Part shown: positions 27,683 through 40,384 of the stretch, in pieces
Numbering within the stretch: position 1 is the first letter of the stretch
Layout of the letters: every line of letters starts with the position of its first letter
Assembly (NCBI GenBank): GCA_021613535.1
Contig: CP075495.1
Span: 2,604,001-2,668,000 of the forward strand
Source: Adineta vaga
Lineage: Eukaryota > Animalia > Rotifera
Direction of reading: 5' to 3'
Length of the DNA: 64,000 nt
The notes under the pieces: generated by a model
What the model saw: the letters and a program-made list of their open reading frames with translations, nothing else
Database searches by the model: none
What the model was told of the DNA's origin: nothing
Made by a program: the position numbers and the translations under genes

Positions 27683-29836
27683 ATGATCAGTCGATATTTA
27701 TTTGTTTGTTTCTATTTCCTTTCATTTTTTCTTATCCATCGTTGGTATGATTTCTATCAATATTATTTTCATCTATCAACAAATACTTCCTTACCTCAAC
27801 ATATTATTCCTGTTAATCAATTAAATATCAAACAATTACAATATATTCTCAATCTACGAGGAATTACATATGTAAATATTAATGATAAATACGATCTGAT
27901 TAAAATGGTCGAACAAACTGGTAAATATTTAACTTATATTTCAAATTTTATTTTAAGAAAAACTTCATTTATTAGGTGCTGTTCATGAAAATGAATTGTA
28001 TGAATCAATTGAAGATCATACTAAACGTCAGACAATGTTCTTTTCATCCTATAAACAATTACTAGATTTTGTTGATGATTGTACAGATACGATTTGGTAA
28101 GTAAAACTAAGCATGAAGTCTATTTTTTCGATGATTTCAATTCTAGGTTTGTTCATCTTGTTCCAAATGAACAATATCGACAATCATTAATTCATCTTGC
28201 ATTTGATAAATGGCAAAGAATTGAACGTCATCTATCAAATTATAATATTCAAACAGGTGTATTGAATTGTTCGAATAAGGAATATTCAAATCTATGTCGA
28301 ACATTAACAAATGAACGATTTGTTTTACTTATACCATCTTTTAATCGACGTTTAACAAATATGTATTCGTATGAAATTTATTCAGTAAAACATTATGATT
28401 ATCAATATATTCTTAAATGGTTAACTAAAACATTAGAAAATCATTTGAAAAAAGATTTTGATTGGTATGAATTATCTCGTGAGAAACAATTAACGATCGA
28501 ATTTCAAATGAATTCTCATATTTATCCATCAATATTACCCATCTATTACTTTACATTATTATATCGTTACGGTTCGAATATTAATTTTCATTTAAATTTT
28601 TATGAAAATATTAACTTTCAAATACAAATCACCTTACATAATTCCTCTCATCATACATATATTTATAATAATTTCAATAATACATATCATTTTCATGAAT
28701 TTCATTCTTATCATTCATTAAATATTTTTCTATCATATTTAACTATAAATATTCAAACATTAATGTATATTTATTATCTTATTTTAAATATCTATTTTCT
28801 TTATGATATTTATTTGGTACAATCATTGAATTTAATGAAGAAAATTTTCATGATAAATATCATATCAGGTTTATTTTGGTCATTATGTTTGACTTATATA
28901 TCAACGGAACGAATTGATCATTATTTACAAATATTAGCATTTTATTTAATAAACTATTCTCAAAATTCAACCCTTTTAATGTTTATTCGAAATGATTTAT
29001 TTATTTATTCAATTCTATCGAAATGGATACTATATCCAATGTTGATTTCTTTGCATATTGGAATTGGTTTATGCTTTCGATGGTATTTAAAAACACAATT
29101 TGGAAGAATGACAAATGATGTAAGTTTTAATCAATAATCTACCGTCCGATATTTGAATGTCTTCTATTAACAATTCGATTTTCTCGTTTCAATTTTTTAG
29201 TTATCAAATGATGTTATTATGATTGAACAAACACATGCTCTATGTTTGAAAGTTTGGCAATATGTTTTATGTTTTCTATTCTCTGATCAAGAACGAACTG
29301 ATCATACGAATACGACATTATTGCAATTCTTTTCTCAGGATAGTCTTTGGTTACATCAACATTCGTTCTTAACAATAAATTCAAATGTGACAACAACAAT
29401 TCGACCAACCATTGATTTAACTCGTCTTCCTATTTGGCGTTTTACAATACGAAGACGTCAAACATCTCATGGTACAAGTGAATATTATTCAGATATTGAA
29501 TTAGAACAAGCAGATAATGATTACAATGAAGAAAAATCTCTAATAAAAAAATCTCTTGGACATCGACGTATGATGAATTCAACTTCATCAAGTCAACAAG
29601 ATAATTGTTATACAAGTGAATCCGATGAAAATAATAATTGTTGGAATTCATCTGTAAATAAATTGAATAGTAGTGAAATCTATCAATGTTCAATTTGTTT
29701 GGAAAAGTATATCAATCATGTATATATATGTACATTACCATGTCTTCATCATTTTCATCGAAAATGTTTATTCGATTGGTTAACGAATAGTGAACAAGCG
29801 ACATGTCCACTCTGTCGTTCATCGGTGCTAAATTAA
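27683..29836 (+). CDS. RNF103: RNF103/KF-1-like multi-pass RING-H2 E3 ligase, 4 exons
   Basis: LNIKQLQYILNLRGITYVNINDKYDLIKMVEQTG matches the RNF103 N-terminal motif. A hydrophobic TM region follows, then the RING-H2 CSICLEKY..LPCLHHFHRKCLFDWL..CPLC. Confidence 0.8.
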
Positions 29837-29987
29837 TGAACTGTTCATTTTTTTCTCTCTCCCTCTATCTTGTATTCTGTTTATTTCTGTGATAAGGTGT
29901 TTTCTTTTTTGAGGGTGAAAAGAAGAAAAGTTCGTGACTAGTATTAATATTCATATTCAATTTTTAGATGTTACCATAAATAAAGAA

Positions 29988-31336
29988 ATGTTATTTTATA
30001 TAAAAAGTATCAAATATTATCTCTGTGCAATTATTGAAATAATTCATGTAATTTTACAAACAATTAGTCATTATCTTTTTTCAACAACAGAAAAAAATAT
30101 TCGCAATGAAATTGTTCTTATTACAGGTTCAGGAAGAGGTTTAGGTAAGAAGAAGTTTTCATTTGTCAAAATTTTATTTATTTAAATCTTCGTTTGAGTA
30201 GGTCAACAATTGGCTCTTCTATTTGCTAAACGTGGTGCTATTCTTATTCTTTGTGATATTGATGAAAATGGAAATACACAAACAGCAGAACTAATTGCAA
30301 AAGAAATTCCAGCAACTAGTATACATGAAAAACGTGTCTTTGCTTATACATGTGATATTGGTAATCGAGAGGAAGTACATCAACTTGTTGAAAATATTCA
30401 ACGAGATGTAGGTGATGTGACTATGATAGTGAATAATGGTTTGTTCTTTTTCTATAGAGAAATACGTATGAATATAAGTCTATTTCTATTTTTATTTATT
30501 TAGCTGCTATTTTATCCTCAAAATCAATTGTGGATATGAGTGAAGAGGAATTTTCACGATGTTTAAATGTTGATTTATTCGCAGCTTATTGGGTAAGTTG
30601 TATAGTGCGATACAGAAATCTTAGGATGATAAATAGAAATTTTATCTGTTGTTTTTAGTTAATTCGTAAAATACTTCCATCAATGATGAAACATAATCAT
30701 GGACATATTATAACAATGCTTGGTTCAACAGCTATTTTTGGTTTAGGAAATTTTTCGGATATTTGTACAGCAAAATTTGGTCTTGTTGGTTTAATGGAAA
30801 GTATTGATCATGAATTAACTTTAGGTAAAATAACTGAATTTGTTTTTCAAAATGATAAAAAATAAAGTTTTTCTATTTGATATAGGTGGTTATGATGGTA
30901 TTTATACAACTTCAGTTGTTTCACATTATCTAATGACACATTTATATCAACTTGCTAAAACACGTTTTAATCCAGTTGTACCACCATTAACACTTGATTA
31001 TGCAGCAAAGAAAATTATGCATGCTATTCTAGTTCGTTGTTTTTCAATGAATTATTACTTAAATCAACTAGAGAATTTGTTTTTATTTAGATCAATCGAA
31101 AATTTGTTTGTGTACCACGATTCTATTATTTAATACCATTTGTAAAAGGTCTATTACCATCTCGTGCTTTTCTTATTGTTCTTAATACATTAATTAATCC
31201 TAAAATACTATTATATGTTCATACAGATTCATATGAACAAGCCAGTAAACGTGATTGTTCATCACCACCACCCATACATGGTACACATTCTCAACGTATA
31301 CATCGAAAACGTAGTCATGCTAGTGCGTGTGATTAG
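29988..31336 (+). CDS. Short-chain dehydrogenase/reductase, SDR16C (RDH10/HSD17B11/RDHE2-like), catalytic Tyr replaced by Ile
   Basis: IVLITGSGRGLG, YTCDIGNREEV..RDVGDVTMIVNNA, LPSMMKHNHGHII, SDICTAKFGLVGLMESIDHEL. Confidence 0.9.
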
Positions 31337-31577
31337 ATGATACTATTTCTGTAACTGATCATTCAATGTATCAGTTTAATCTATTATTTCAATGTTCTTT
31401 CTATCTTCAATAACCAATCTTTTTTGTAATTGACTGATGAATATCTTTGAATTGGTAGATAAAAGATGATGTGATCAATTTTTTCTTTTTTCTTGATTTG
31501 TCCATATTCCTGATGATATTGTGATAGATAATAAACAAAAACCAAAATCAATCTTATTGAAATAAAATAATTCAATA

Positions 31578-31920
31578 TTTACAGTTGAAATTTTGTGCAA
31601 CAGTTATCTCTGACACTATGTTTGTAACTAGTGTTGGTGAAATCTTGAGAGTGTGGATTTTGAACATGGATTTGTCGATGACGATGAAAAAACATATGCA
31701 AGAATTTCTTTCTCAATGATCGTATACCATAAATCGTCATGAGACTCATAAGTAATAAATATGCTGCTGTTATTCAACTAACACTATTCTTGAAATTTCT
31801 CTGTCGTTGTCTTGTAGCGATAATAATAATAATCAATGTTTGTAAAGAAAAATGAACTCATCGAATTATCCATGCATATATTATCGAAATGAAAATCAAT
31901 GAAATAATATAAAGTACACT
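31578..31920 (-). pseudogene. Possible degenerate GPCR fragment (TM5 to C-tail)
   Basis: One frame reads VLYIISLIFISIIYAWIIR*VHFSLQTLIIIIIATRQRQRNFK..*ITAAYLLLMSLMTIYGIRSLRKKFLHMF, resembling TM5-ICL3 and TM7/helix 8, with in-frame stops. Confidence 0.3.
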
Positions 31921-32511
31921 AACTAAATATATTTAAAATTATTTGTGCAGTTAACATGTTCCTTAATTCTTCAGCCATTTACTTTATGTACGATGGTTAT
32001 ATCTACATTATTAATAAAACTGTCTTGGCTGTTTTCTATCAAACAATGTTCCATGAGAAAACAGTGGATTGATTGTGTCTAACATTGATATAGACTACTT
32101 TTATAATCCAGTATTATCTGTTTTATGTCAATAAAACTGAATGATTTTCATAGATCCAGGACTTCGACTATCGATTGGTGGTTTTTCATAAAATGTAAAT
32201 TCTATTTATAAAGAAGAATGGTTGTATATTTCATCTCTTAACATGTAAGATTGCAATATCACACCTAATAAAATAATCAAGAAAAAGAAAAAAGGATTCT
32301 TTGAGAAAAAATAATTCTATATTAGAAAGATTTATTATCTTAAATTTCTGATTATATGATCTGCGTGCCTATTGTGTATTGTAGGGATTTGAAACAAAAT
32401 AGGACATATATGTAACTTAAATAGCTGAAAAGATATTCTTTTTCTTTTGGAAAAATTTCTTTCTATTGCTCATTCTTAATGATAAAGTATTCTCATCGTA
32501 CAGCTAAAATA

Positions 32512-34026
32512 ATGCCTATAAAACTTGAAGAGTCAACTCAGTATACAATTGGTGGAACGCCAAGTAATCGTGGATTGTAAATGACTGTTTGATTAATGTA
32601 TTTTCTAGAAAAAAAACAATTCATCTCTTCTATTTAGATTACGTCGATTCAATCCAATGGTTTTCTTAACTATTTGTAGTGTACTTTTCATTCTAGTCAT
32701 CGTTGCTGCATTGATTGTGTTTGCATTTCTACCTATATTTACCTCAACTAAAGACGATCAGACAAGGTATCAAGGTATTATCTATTAAAATTCATATACT
32801 ATAGTTTTCAATTGTTATCTCTTTTTTGTTTCAATCAAGTTCGAAGTGATGTTCTTACACTTGCTTATAATCTTCCTGACAAAGAATCAATGTTAGCAAT
32901 GAATCGGACCTATGAAATCAATGATTTAGAATCCGATAAATTATTGTTTCTTCAAAAGCTGGTCTGAATTTTGTTTTATTGATTCAAATTCAAATCTTCA
33001 TATATTTTCTCTTATTTAGTTGCAAGATCAACTTAATCATAAGAAAATAACAAAAAAAACAAGTCTAGTTATTATGGATGCTTTCATAACTCATGAAGAA
33101 TCACCATCCAAAAGTACAGTGGTAATGTTTATTCTTATTCTCAATCTTTTCATATTAATTCTATGAATCTTTTGGATTCTATTCAGTTTATTTCTCCAGT
33201 TACGCTGGATAATAACAATAATACTATTATCATTATAACACAATCAGATAATAGTACACAAAAGAATGCTACAGCACAATTAATAATTTCATTAAGACTT
33301 CGTTATGCACTTGAATGTACGAAAAAATGTCAAAGCGATATGAAAGAATCGATTTTTGCCAAAATATTCCGTAGTTTAGAACTGCCACTTGATACATGTA
33401 AGTATTTCAACGCAAAACTCACCCTCACCCCATACCCTATATGATCTATTGTTTAGTTCAACAACTATTTACTACCAATGTCAAATTTTCTACCAAAGAA
33501 TTCTTATCAAGTAAATAACAGATTTAAATCTACTTTTAAAAATTAATTTGCACCAATTCTAGGTTCTCCTTTTCCGTTTTCCGAAACAACAACATCCGAT
33601 CCTTGTCATACGAGAGCACCTTCGACAACTCTTGCATCATCTGTTCTTATAGCTATAAGTTATGAAGCTGAATCTTTATTAAATCGATTTATTTCGACAT
33701 CAATTGAATCATGTTTAGCTTGTTCAAATGAATTGAAAGTTAGTCAAATTGGCTATGGAAATGAACTTATCTTTCGACAAATATTTAGTCAATATGGTGG
33801 TCCAACAATCGTTGTTTTTTATTATACAACTAATCGAATTCGATCAGCTGAGATAGTAATCAATGAAATGTTACCTTCAATCAATGTGACATTTCCAATA
33901 ATGTTTACAACGGAAGACATTTTCTCATTACCAGTTACATTTAATCTTTGTCACGGACTGAATTCGATTCGTATCTATAATCCAAATGATTATACACCAG
34001 ATTTTGATCGAATTATTGTTTATTAA
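32512..34026 (+). CDS. Type II single-pass membrane protein with S/T-rich linker and C-terminal CBM35/CBM6-like carbohydrate-binding domain
   Basis: N-terminal TM FLTICSVLFILVIVAALIVFAFLPIF. The last exon encodes SYEAESLLN..SCLACSNELKVSQIGYGNELIF..LCHGLNSIRIYNPNDYTPDFDRIIV*. Confidence 0.7.
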
Positions 34027-34318
34027 ATAGATTTCAATAGAAATTCACTTTAGTTTTCTGTAATACTATGTTGTGAAATATCGAATAAATATACACATCA
34101 ATTGTTTGATTAGTAATTGTAATTCTCTATCATTTATTTTAAGATTTGATGATGATCATGTTTATTGAGAACAGTGACATCTTTTGTTAGATGTTTCCAT
34201 CCAATCCAAAAACTAATTTTATACGATATGACAATTATTTACTATTTTTATTTTTATTCCATTGACTTTCTTTCCAAATATTTGATCAACGAAACGAAGA
34301 AAGGTCTAAAGAAATAAA

Positions 34319-36116
34319 ATGGAGTACGGAGATTTAGAAGAAGATACACTGTATGTATTGGAAAGAAAGAAATATTTTGTAATTATTGAAAATCAAACGT
34401 TTGATTTCTTTCTAGTGGCATGACGTTAACATCTGGTACATGTACATTGAAGAAAGATGCTCAGAATTTAGTTGGAATCAGTATTGGTGGTGGCTCACCA
34501 CTTTGTCCTTGTTTATATATTGTTCAAATATTTGATAATACAGCAGCATCACGAGATGGTTCGTTAGCAGCAGGTAGATATCATATAAATGTTTATGTTA
34601 GATTTAAAAATTGATCTTTCTTTTGCTACATAGGTGATGAAATTGTGTCTGTTAATGGAAAATCAGTTAAAGGACGAACGAAAGTAGAAGTAGCAAAACT
34701 TATTCAATCTTCTAAAGTAAATATTCACTGTTCTTAATCATTGATTCAATTTTGATCGTTGTACATGTTTTTCTAGACAGAAGTAGCAATACATTATAAT
34801 AAATTACATGCACAACCAAAAGAAGGCAAAACATTAGATATAGGTTTGTTTCAAACGAATTCTCATTTTAACTATTCATTCATTCATTCATCGTTTTCTT
34901 CTTGAATTAGTGATGAAAAAAGTGAAACATCGTATTGTGGAAGGTATGAGTTCAACAACTGCTGATGCACTTGGTCTTAGTCGTGCTATACTTTGCAATG
35001 GTAAATCATAAACAATATTCATTTCAATCGTCTAATGAGAATTTGTATTTTATAGATGGTTTGATTAAGAAATTAGATGAACTTGAACGAACATCTGAAT
35101 TATATCGTGGTCTTATTGAACATACACGTGCTGTTCTTAAGGCAATCTTTGAAATAGCACATACACATCGAAATTTCGGTGATGCATTTGCTAATATTGG
35201 TGCACGTGAACCTCAAGTTAAAGCTTCGGAAGCCTTTACAAAATTTGGTGAAGCTCATCGACAAATTGATCGACATGCAATAACATTACTTCGAACTGTT
35301 AAACCTGTAAATACCGAATGAAGATCAAAATGTTTACTTTCTCGTTTTTCTTAGATGATTGCTGATCTGAATACTTATTTGACAAAAGCAATTCCAGATA
35401 CAAAACTAACAATTGAAAAATATGCCGATGCAAAATTTGAATATTTAGTAAGAGTTTTTTTTTAATAATCGAACAAATATTATTATCATTATCAAATATT
35501 TCTTTAGTCTTATTGCTTGAAAGTGAAAGAAATGGATGATGAAGAATGCAGTTATGTTGCACTTCAAGAACCACTCTATCGTGTTGAAACAGGCAATTAC
35601 GAATATAGGTATGAGATACAAGCGATTGTTCATTTTGCTGTGAAATTTTCATGATTTAGATTAATTCTTCGATGTCGACAATTAGCTCGAGAACGTTTCG
35701 CTAAAATGCGTGCAGATGTACTTGTCAAATTAGAATTACTTGATCAAAAACATGGTTTGTTTATTTTGCATTTGAACAATCTTTTTCTAACGAATGAATT
35801 TCTTTTCATTTTAGTACAAGATATAGTTTTTCAATTACATCGATTCATTACAGCTTTGGATAAATATCACAAAGATTGTAATGATGTTATGAAAGAAGCA
35901 GATATCTTTCCAATTGAAGTTGATCTGACATTGCCAATGTTTCGTGGCAGAGGAAATCCTGATGACGACGATGATGAAGAAGATGATGATGATGATGAAG
36001 TGGATGGTGAGAATGAAGAAAATGATAATGATCTATTGACCGATGATCAACAAATAATAGATTTTAATCAACAACCAACAGTTAAAGATATTGATCTATT
36101 AAATATTGGTCCTTGA
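34319..36116 (+). CDS. PICK1: PICK1 (PDZ plus BAR/arfaptin homology domain, acidic tail)
   Basis: LEEDTLGMT..LKKDAQNLVGISIGGGSPLCPCLYIVQIFDNT, MSSTTADALGLSRAILCNDGL, DLNTYLTKAIPDTKLTI, DVLVKLELLDQKH. Confidence 0.97.
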
Positions 36117-36613
36117 AACTAAAACCAGAATCTTACAGTGCAATCTCTCAAGTCATATGTGTTTTTATTCCATGTTTATTATCTATCTCTCATACAGAAA
36201 AATCGGTATTATTTTTAACATATTTTAAATGTATTCTTCTGTCTAGTCGATTGTTTTGTTGTTGTTGTCTTGTTAAACTTTAAATATACGATATTGAATT
36301 GGGCATTGGTAGTTATTTATTACGTAGGAATAAAAAAATGTTCGTATCCTATCAACATACAAACTTTCATTGAACTTCGTTGATGAATATCTTTACTTTC
36401 AACTACTAGCGACAATATTTGAGTAATTCATATAATTTAATGATAATTAATGAAGAATTTATTCGAATATCTTTCATTGTTTGTTCACACACTGATGAAA
36501 CAAGAGATTTAAGATATGATTTTATTGGAGAAGAAACTAACAAATAAAAAATCAATTTAAACGATATAAAACTTTTTTTTTCATATATTTATTATTATTG
36601 TTGTAGATAGATA

Positions 36614-37367
36614 ATGGTTACAACGATATGTTCTATTCAAGATTGTAAAAGAGCTGCCACATGTTTATGTCTTCATTGTGAAAAAAATATATGTTCAAAA
36701 CATTTCAATGAACATCAAATGGAAATTTATAATGAATTATTACCATTATCTGATCGTCTGAATGAACGTAATATAGAACGATTCTATTTTGTCGGGAAAT
36801 GATATCATTTTTTGAATTTTAGTGAAAATGATATTACGAGATAAAGAAAGTCGAAATGAACCATTGACGAAATTGAAAATGTGGCGTGATAAAAAGTATG
36901 AAGAAATTGATTGTGAATACAATGAAAAAGTACAAGAATATGAAAACAAAATAATTGAAAAAGATCAAGAAGTATCACAAGTTATAAAAAGAATAGAAGA
37001 ACTTATTGGTGATGGTGAAGCATCGTTTGATCAAATTAAACAATTGAAGAAAGAAATCGAAACGATGGAAGATCAAGTGAAGATATTAACAAGAGAAGAA
37101 CAAACACATATTTCATTGAAGAAGAAAATAAGTGATGAGAAACCATCTAAAGCTACAATTCAACTTGGTGACTTGAAATATTCATATCTAGGAAAAGTTA
37201 TATGCAACGGTGAAGCGAATTATGCTTTAGAACGGGAACCATCAGTAACTGATCATGATGAATTATGTGCTCATTGTAGATTTATGCATATACCTGTAAA
37301 AGGAGATCGAGCCATACATGTATTCTGTGAACTTCTACGTCAAGGATTGATAATATTAGTAGAATAA
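36614..37367 (+). CDS. B-box-like Cys/His finger plus coiled-coil protein, 2 exons, unknown function
   Basis: CSIQDCKRAATCLCLHCEKNICSKHFNEH followed by a heptad-rich E/K region and a C-terminal CAHC..H..H..C cluster. Confidence 0.7.
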
Positions 37368-37632
37368 TTCAGTTTCATCTTGAATGATGTCATATAGCAT
37401 TTCCATTTTGCTTTTAGCGTTGAAGAGTTAACAAGCATCGAAACTGAATCCTATTCTATGTCTGATAAATGTATAGTCAATGCTTCTACAAAAATGATTT
37501 GTTTATATTTTTAGATTATAAATAGTAGCTAGTCAATCTGATATCTTCATTCTTTTATATTCCTTATTGAAGCTATTAGCCTATAAAACAAACAAGCAAA
37601 CAAACATAGTCGTAATTTATTCATTCCTACAA

Positions 37633-38788
37633 ATGCAATCATCACCTTTTTTTCGTGATAGTTTAAAAGTATGTGATCGAATATGATTTTTCTTAAATCT
37701 TGGAATACAATATCTTTTTATTTATTTAGTCTTCACCATTTGTTTCATTAATGAGCAAACGAACATTTGGTGAAGCGTACGTTATACTTTCGTTTTCATA
37801 ATTAACAAATAAATAATAATGATTATTGAATAGGAAAACTCCACCAAGTCCTCTATCACCTGGACAACAAAAACGTGTTCGTTTTCTTGTTGATAATAAC
37901 AATGATCAATCAAGTATGTCATCTTATTCTTCAAAACTAATGTAATTTATCTTTTCTATACTAGTTGATGAATCTCAATCATCGATTCTATTTCGACAAG
38001 GTGGAATAGGAACACGTTCGGGTAATATTAGTGCATTTGATGAAGTCGAAAATACACGTCGAATAACATCGAACTTTCTCTTTGGTAATACGAATTCTTC
38101 GTTTGATTTTGGATTAATGACACAAACTGGTATGGATCAACCGATGGAAAATGTAAACAATTCCAATAATAATTTTACTTTTATTCAAACAACTCAACGA
38201 ACAAAGTATACTTTTGATTGTGTTCCTTTATAATCATTGTTTTATTATGTAAATGTTTAGTCTTGCGAATGAGAATGGAAATGATGGAACTTGGTTAACA
38301 GTGTTTGGTTATCGAACCAATACTGATGCTCGAACATTAATAGATGAATTTAGTCAATTTGGTGTTATAGAAAAATTTGTGGTATGAATATGTTGTTTTC
38401 ATTTGAATCTATTCATTCATAATTCGACATAGATTGTTGATGAATCGAATATTTTTCATCTAAAATTTGAAACTCGTCTTCAAGCACAACGTGCTCTTAC
38501 AAAACATGGTCATATATTTGGTCAAATAATGATTGGTGTACGATATTGTACTGATAAAGTATGTTAGAAATGATTTTCATCATTTGATATTTATGTTTTC
38601 ATATAGGATGTAATTGGGTTGAAACCACAAAGTAGTACGAATGTTTATCTTGAAAATCCATTTCTTATACGACATCGACATCGTCTAGGTGTTTTATCAG
38701 TACGTTATTATTAACAGAAGGATAAAAACTGATTTTGATATGAATACTTATTTTATTTTAGTCAGCACCACTTACAGTTCAAAATTAG
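37633..38788 (+). CDS. NUP35: Nucleoporin NUP35/Nup53 (RRM-like MPPN domain)
   Basis: Spliced TWLTVFGY...LIDEFSQFGVIEK..NIFHLKFETRLQAQRALTKHGHIFGQIMIGVRYCTDKDVI is the Nup35 RRM signature. Not in the ORF track because the exons are short. Confidence 0.85.
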
Positions 38789-39137
38789 TTTCATTACTCA
38801 TCATTATATATATATGCGCACATAAATCATTGTTGTTATTGATAGAATTTATACTATATCTCAACTTGATTATTTGATTTATTCACACGATGTCGATGTT
38901 ATTTTCTTATTTGTTTGTCTATATTGATTCTTATTTCATTCTTTAATTTCAATGTCATCATCAATTCAATAAATGTATAGAGAAATATTTCTTTTTTTTT
39001 TATGTTGAATAATACGTTAATTTTCGATTTATTTCAAAGATGTTTCATTAATCAACAAGATGGAAGAAAAAAAATAATATTAATTTATGAAATATTAGAA
39101 AATATACAGTTCTAATTTTCTGTTGATAATGATCGAT

Positions 39138-40384
39138 TTAAACAAGAGGATAACTGGCCATGGTAGCAATACCGCATTGATTTTTCTTGTTACGGGTCAT
39201 CCAGATGTAACCTTTGTTACCCCATGATGTACCCCATGAATTTTTAACAATGTAGTATTCGTTTGATCCAGTTTTGTCATAACCAACAGCTAAAACACCG
39301 TGATCAAGTTCAGTTGATGAGCAATCGGGTTCATTGTAGACACCTGATTTGTAGAATTGAAATGAATCTTGTGAAGCATCAATAGCAACTGAAATTGGAC
39401 CAAGAGTAGCAATAGCGAGTTGAAGATCAGTTTCGTTTTTGCTTTTAATGTCAACGAAGCCCTAGAAGAAAAATATTGTCATTATCGAATTTCGTTGAAA
39501 CTATCGAGAAAACTATTACGTACAGTATCAGTAGCACCAACATTAGCTTTTTTGAATCGGCATTTACCATCACGAGCTTCATATGGATAGCTGCTTTCGG
39601 TATCAATACCTTCATTAGCTTTGATGTATTGAAAAGCGGAATCCATTAAACCACCATCACAACCCATGTTACCGAATTTGCCTGAGCAATCAACTAAGTT
39701 TTGTTCAGAGAGTGAAACGAGTTGTTTGGTTTTAGCGAAGTGTTGTCCTTCGAGTGAACCGGTAGCTGAGAAAGCCCAACATGATCCACATTGACCTTGA
39801 TCTTTGATTGGTGTTACATAACCTTCTTTGCGCCAATCTATACAAAGATTTAGAAATGATATTTTGTTACTATTTGAATGTTAGTTAGCAATACATACCA
39901 ACAGCATCTGGAAGAGCAACATTTGATGGAGCTAAGTATGTGTGTTGATCGAAGTCAGCGTTGTTAGCACCAGCTGAAATTTTTAAACCGTTCATTTGTT
40001 TTTTGAATTCTTCATGTGTCTAAAGAAATTCAGACAATACATCTTGATGTTTAATTAGAAAATAAACAAATTATTTACCATGTCACCGAATCGGTTCATG
40101 CCTAAGGTGTAGGTGTGAACACCTAAGTCAGCTTCGAGGTTGTGTTTGTGGATTTTAGCAAGATTGGCTTCCCAGATGGTACGACTATAAAATAAGAAAT
40201 AGATAATTTCAACGAGATTTGAAAGATATTATATAGCATACCGGGTAGTTTCTTCTTCGACTGAATTGTATTGTTTTTCATGGACACGTTTGAATAAAGT
40301 CCATTCATTGCCGAGTTGTTCATCGAGCATAGGTGCACAATAAGCGCCTACGAAGAGGACACAGAGAGCGATAAAAGCTTTCAT
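39138..40384 (-). CDS. CTSL: Cathepsin L preproenzyme
   Basis: Signal peptide [18 protein letters not shown]29 propeptide, [57 protein letters not shown]. Confidence 0.97.

Noticed and set aside
30592-30602. GGTAAGTTGTA, resembling the reverse complement of part of the bdelloid spliced leader as I recall it
   Set aside because: It is simply the SDR intron donor. The match does not extend and no SL RNA structure is present.
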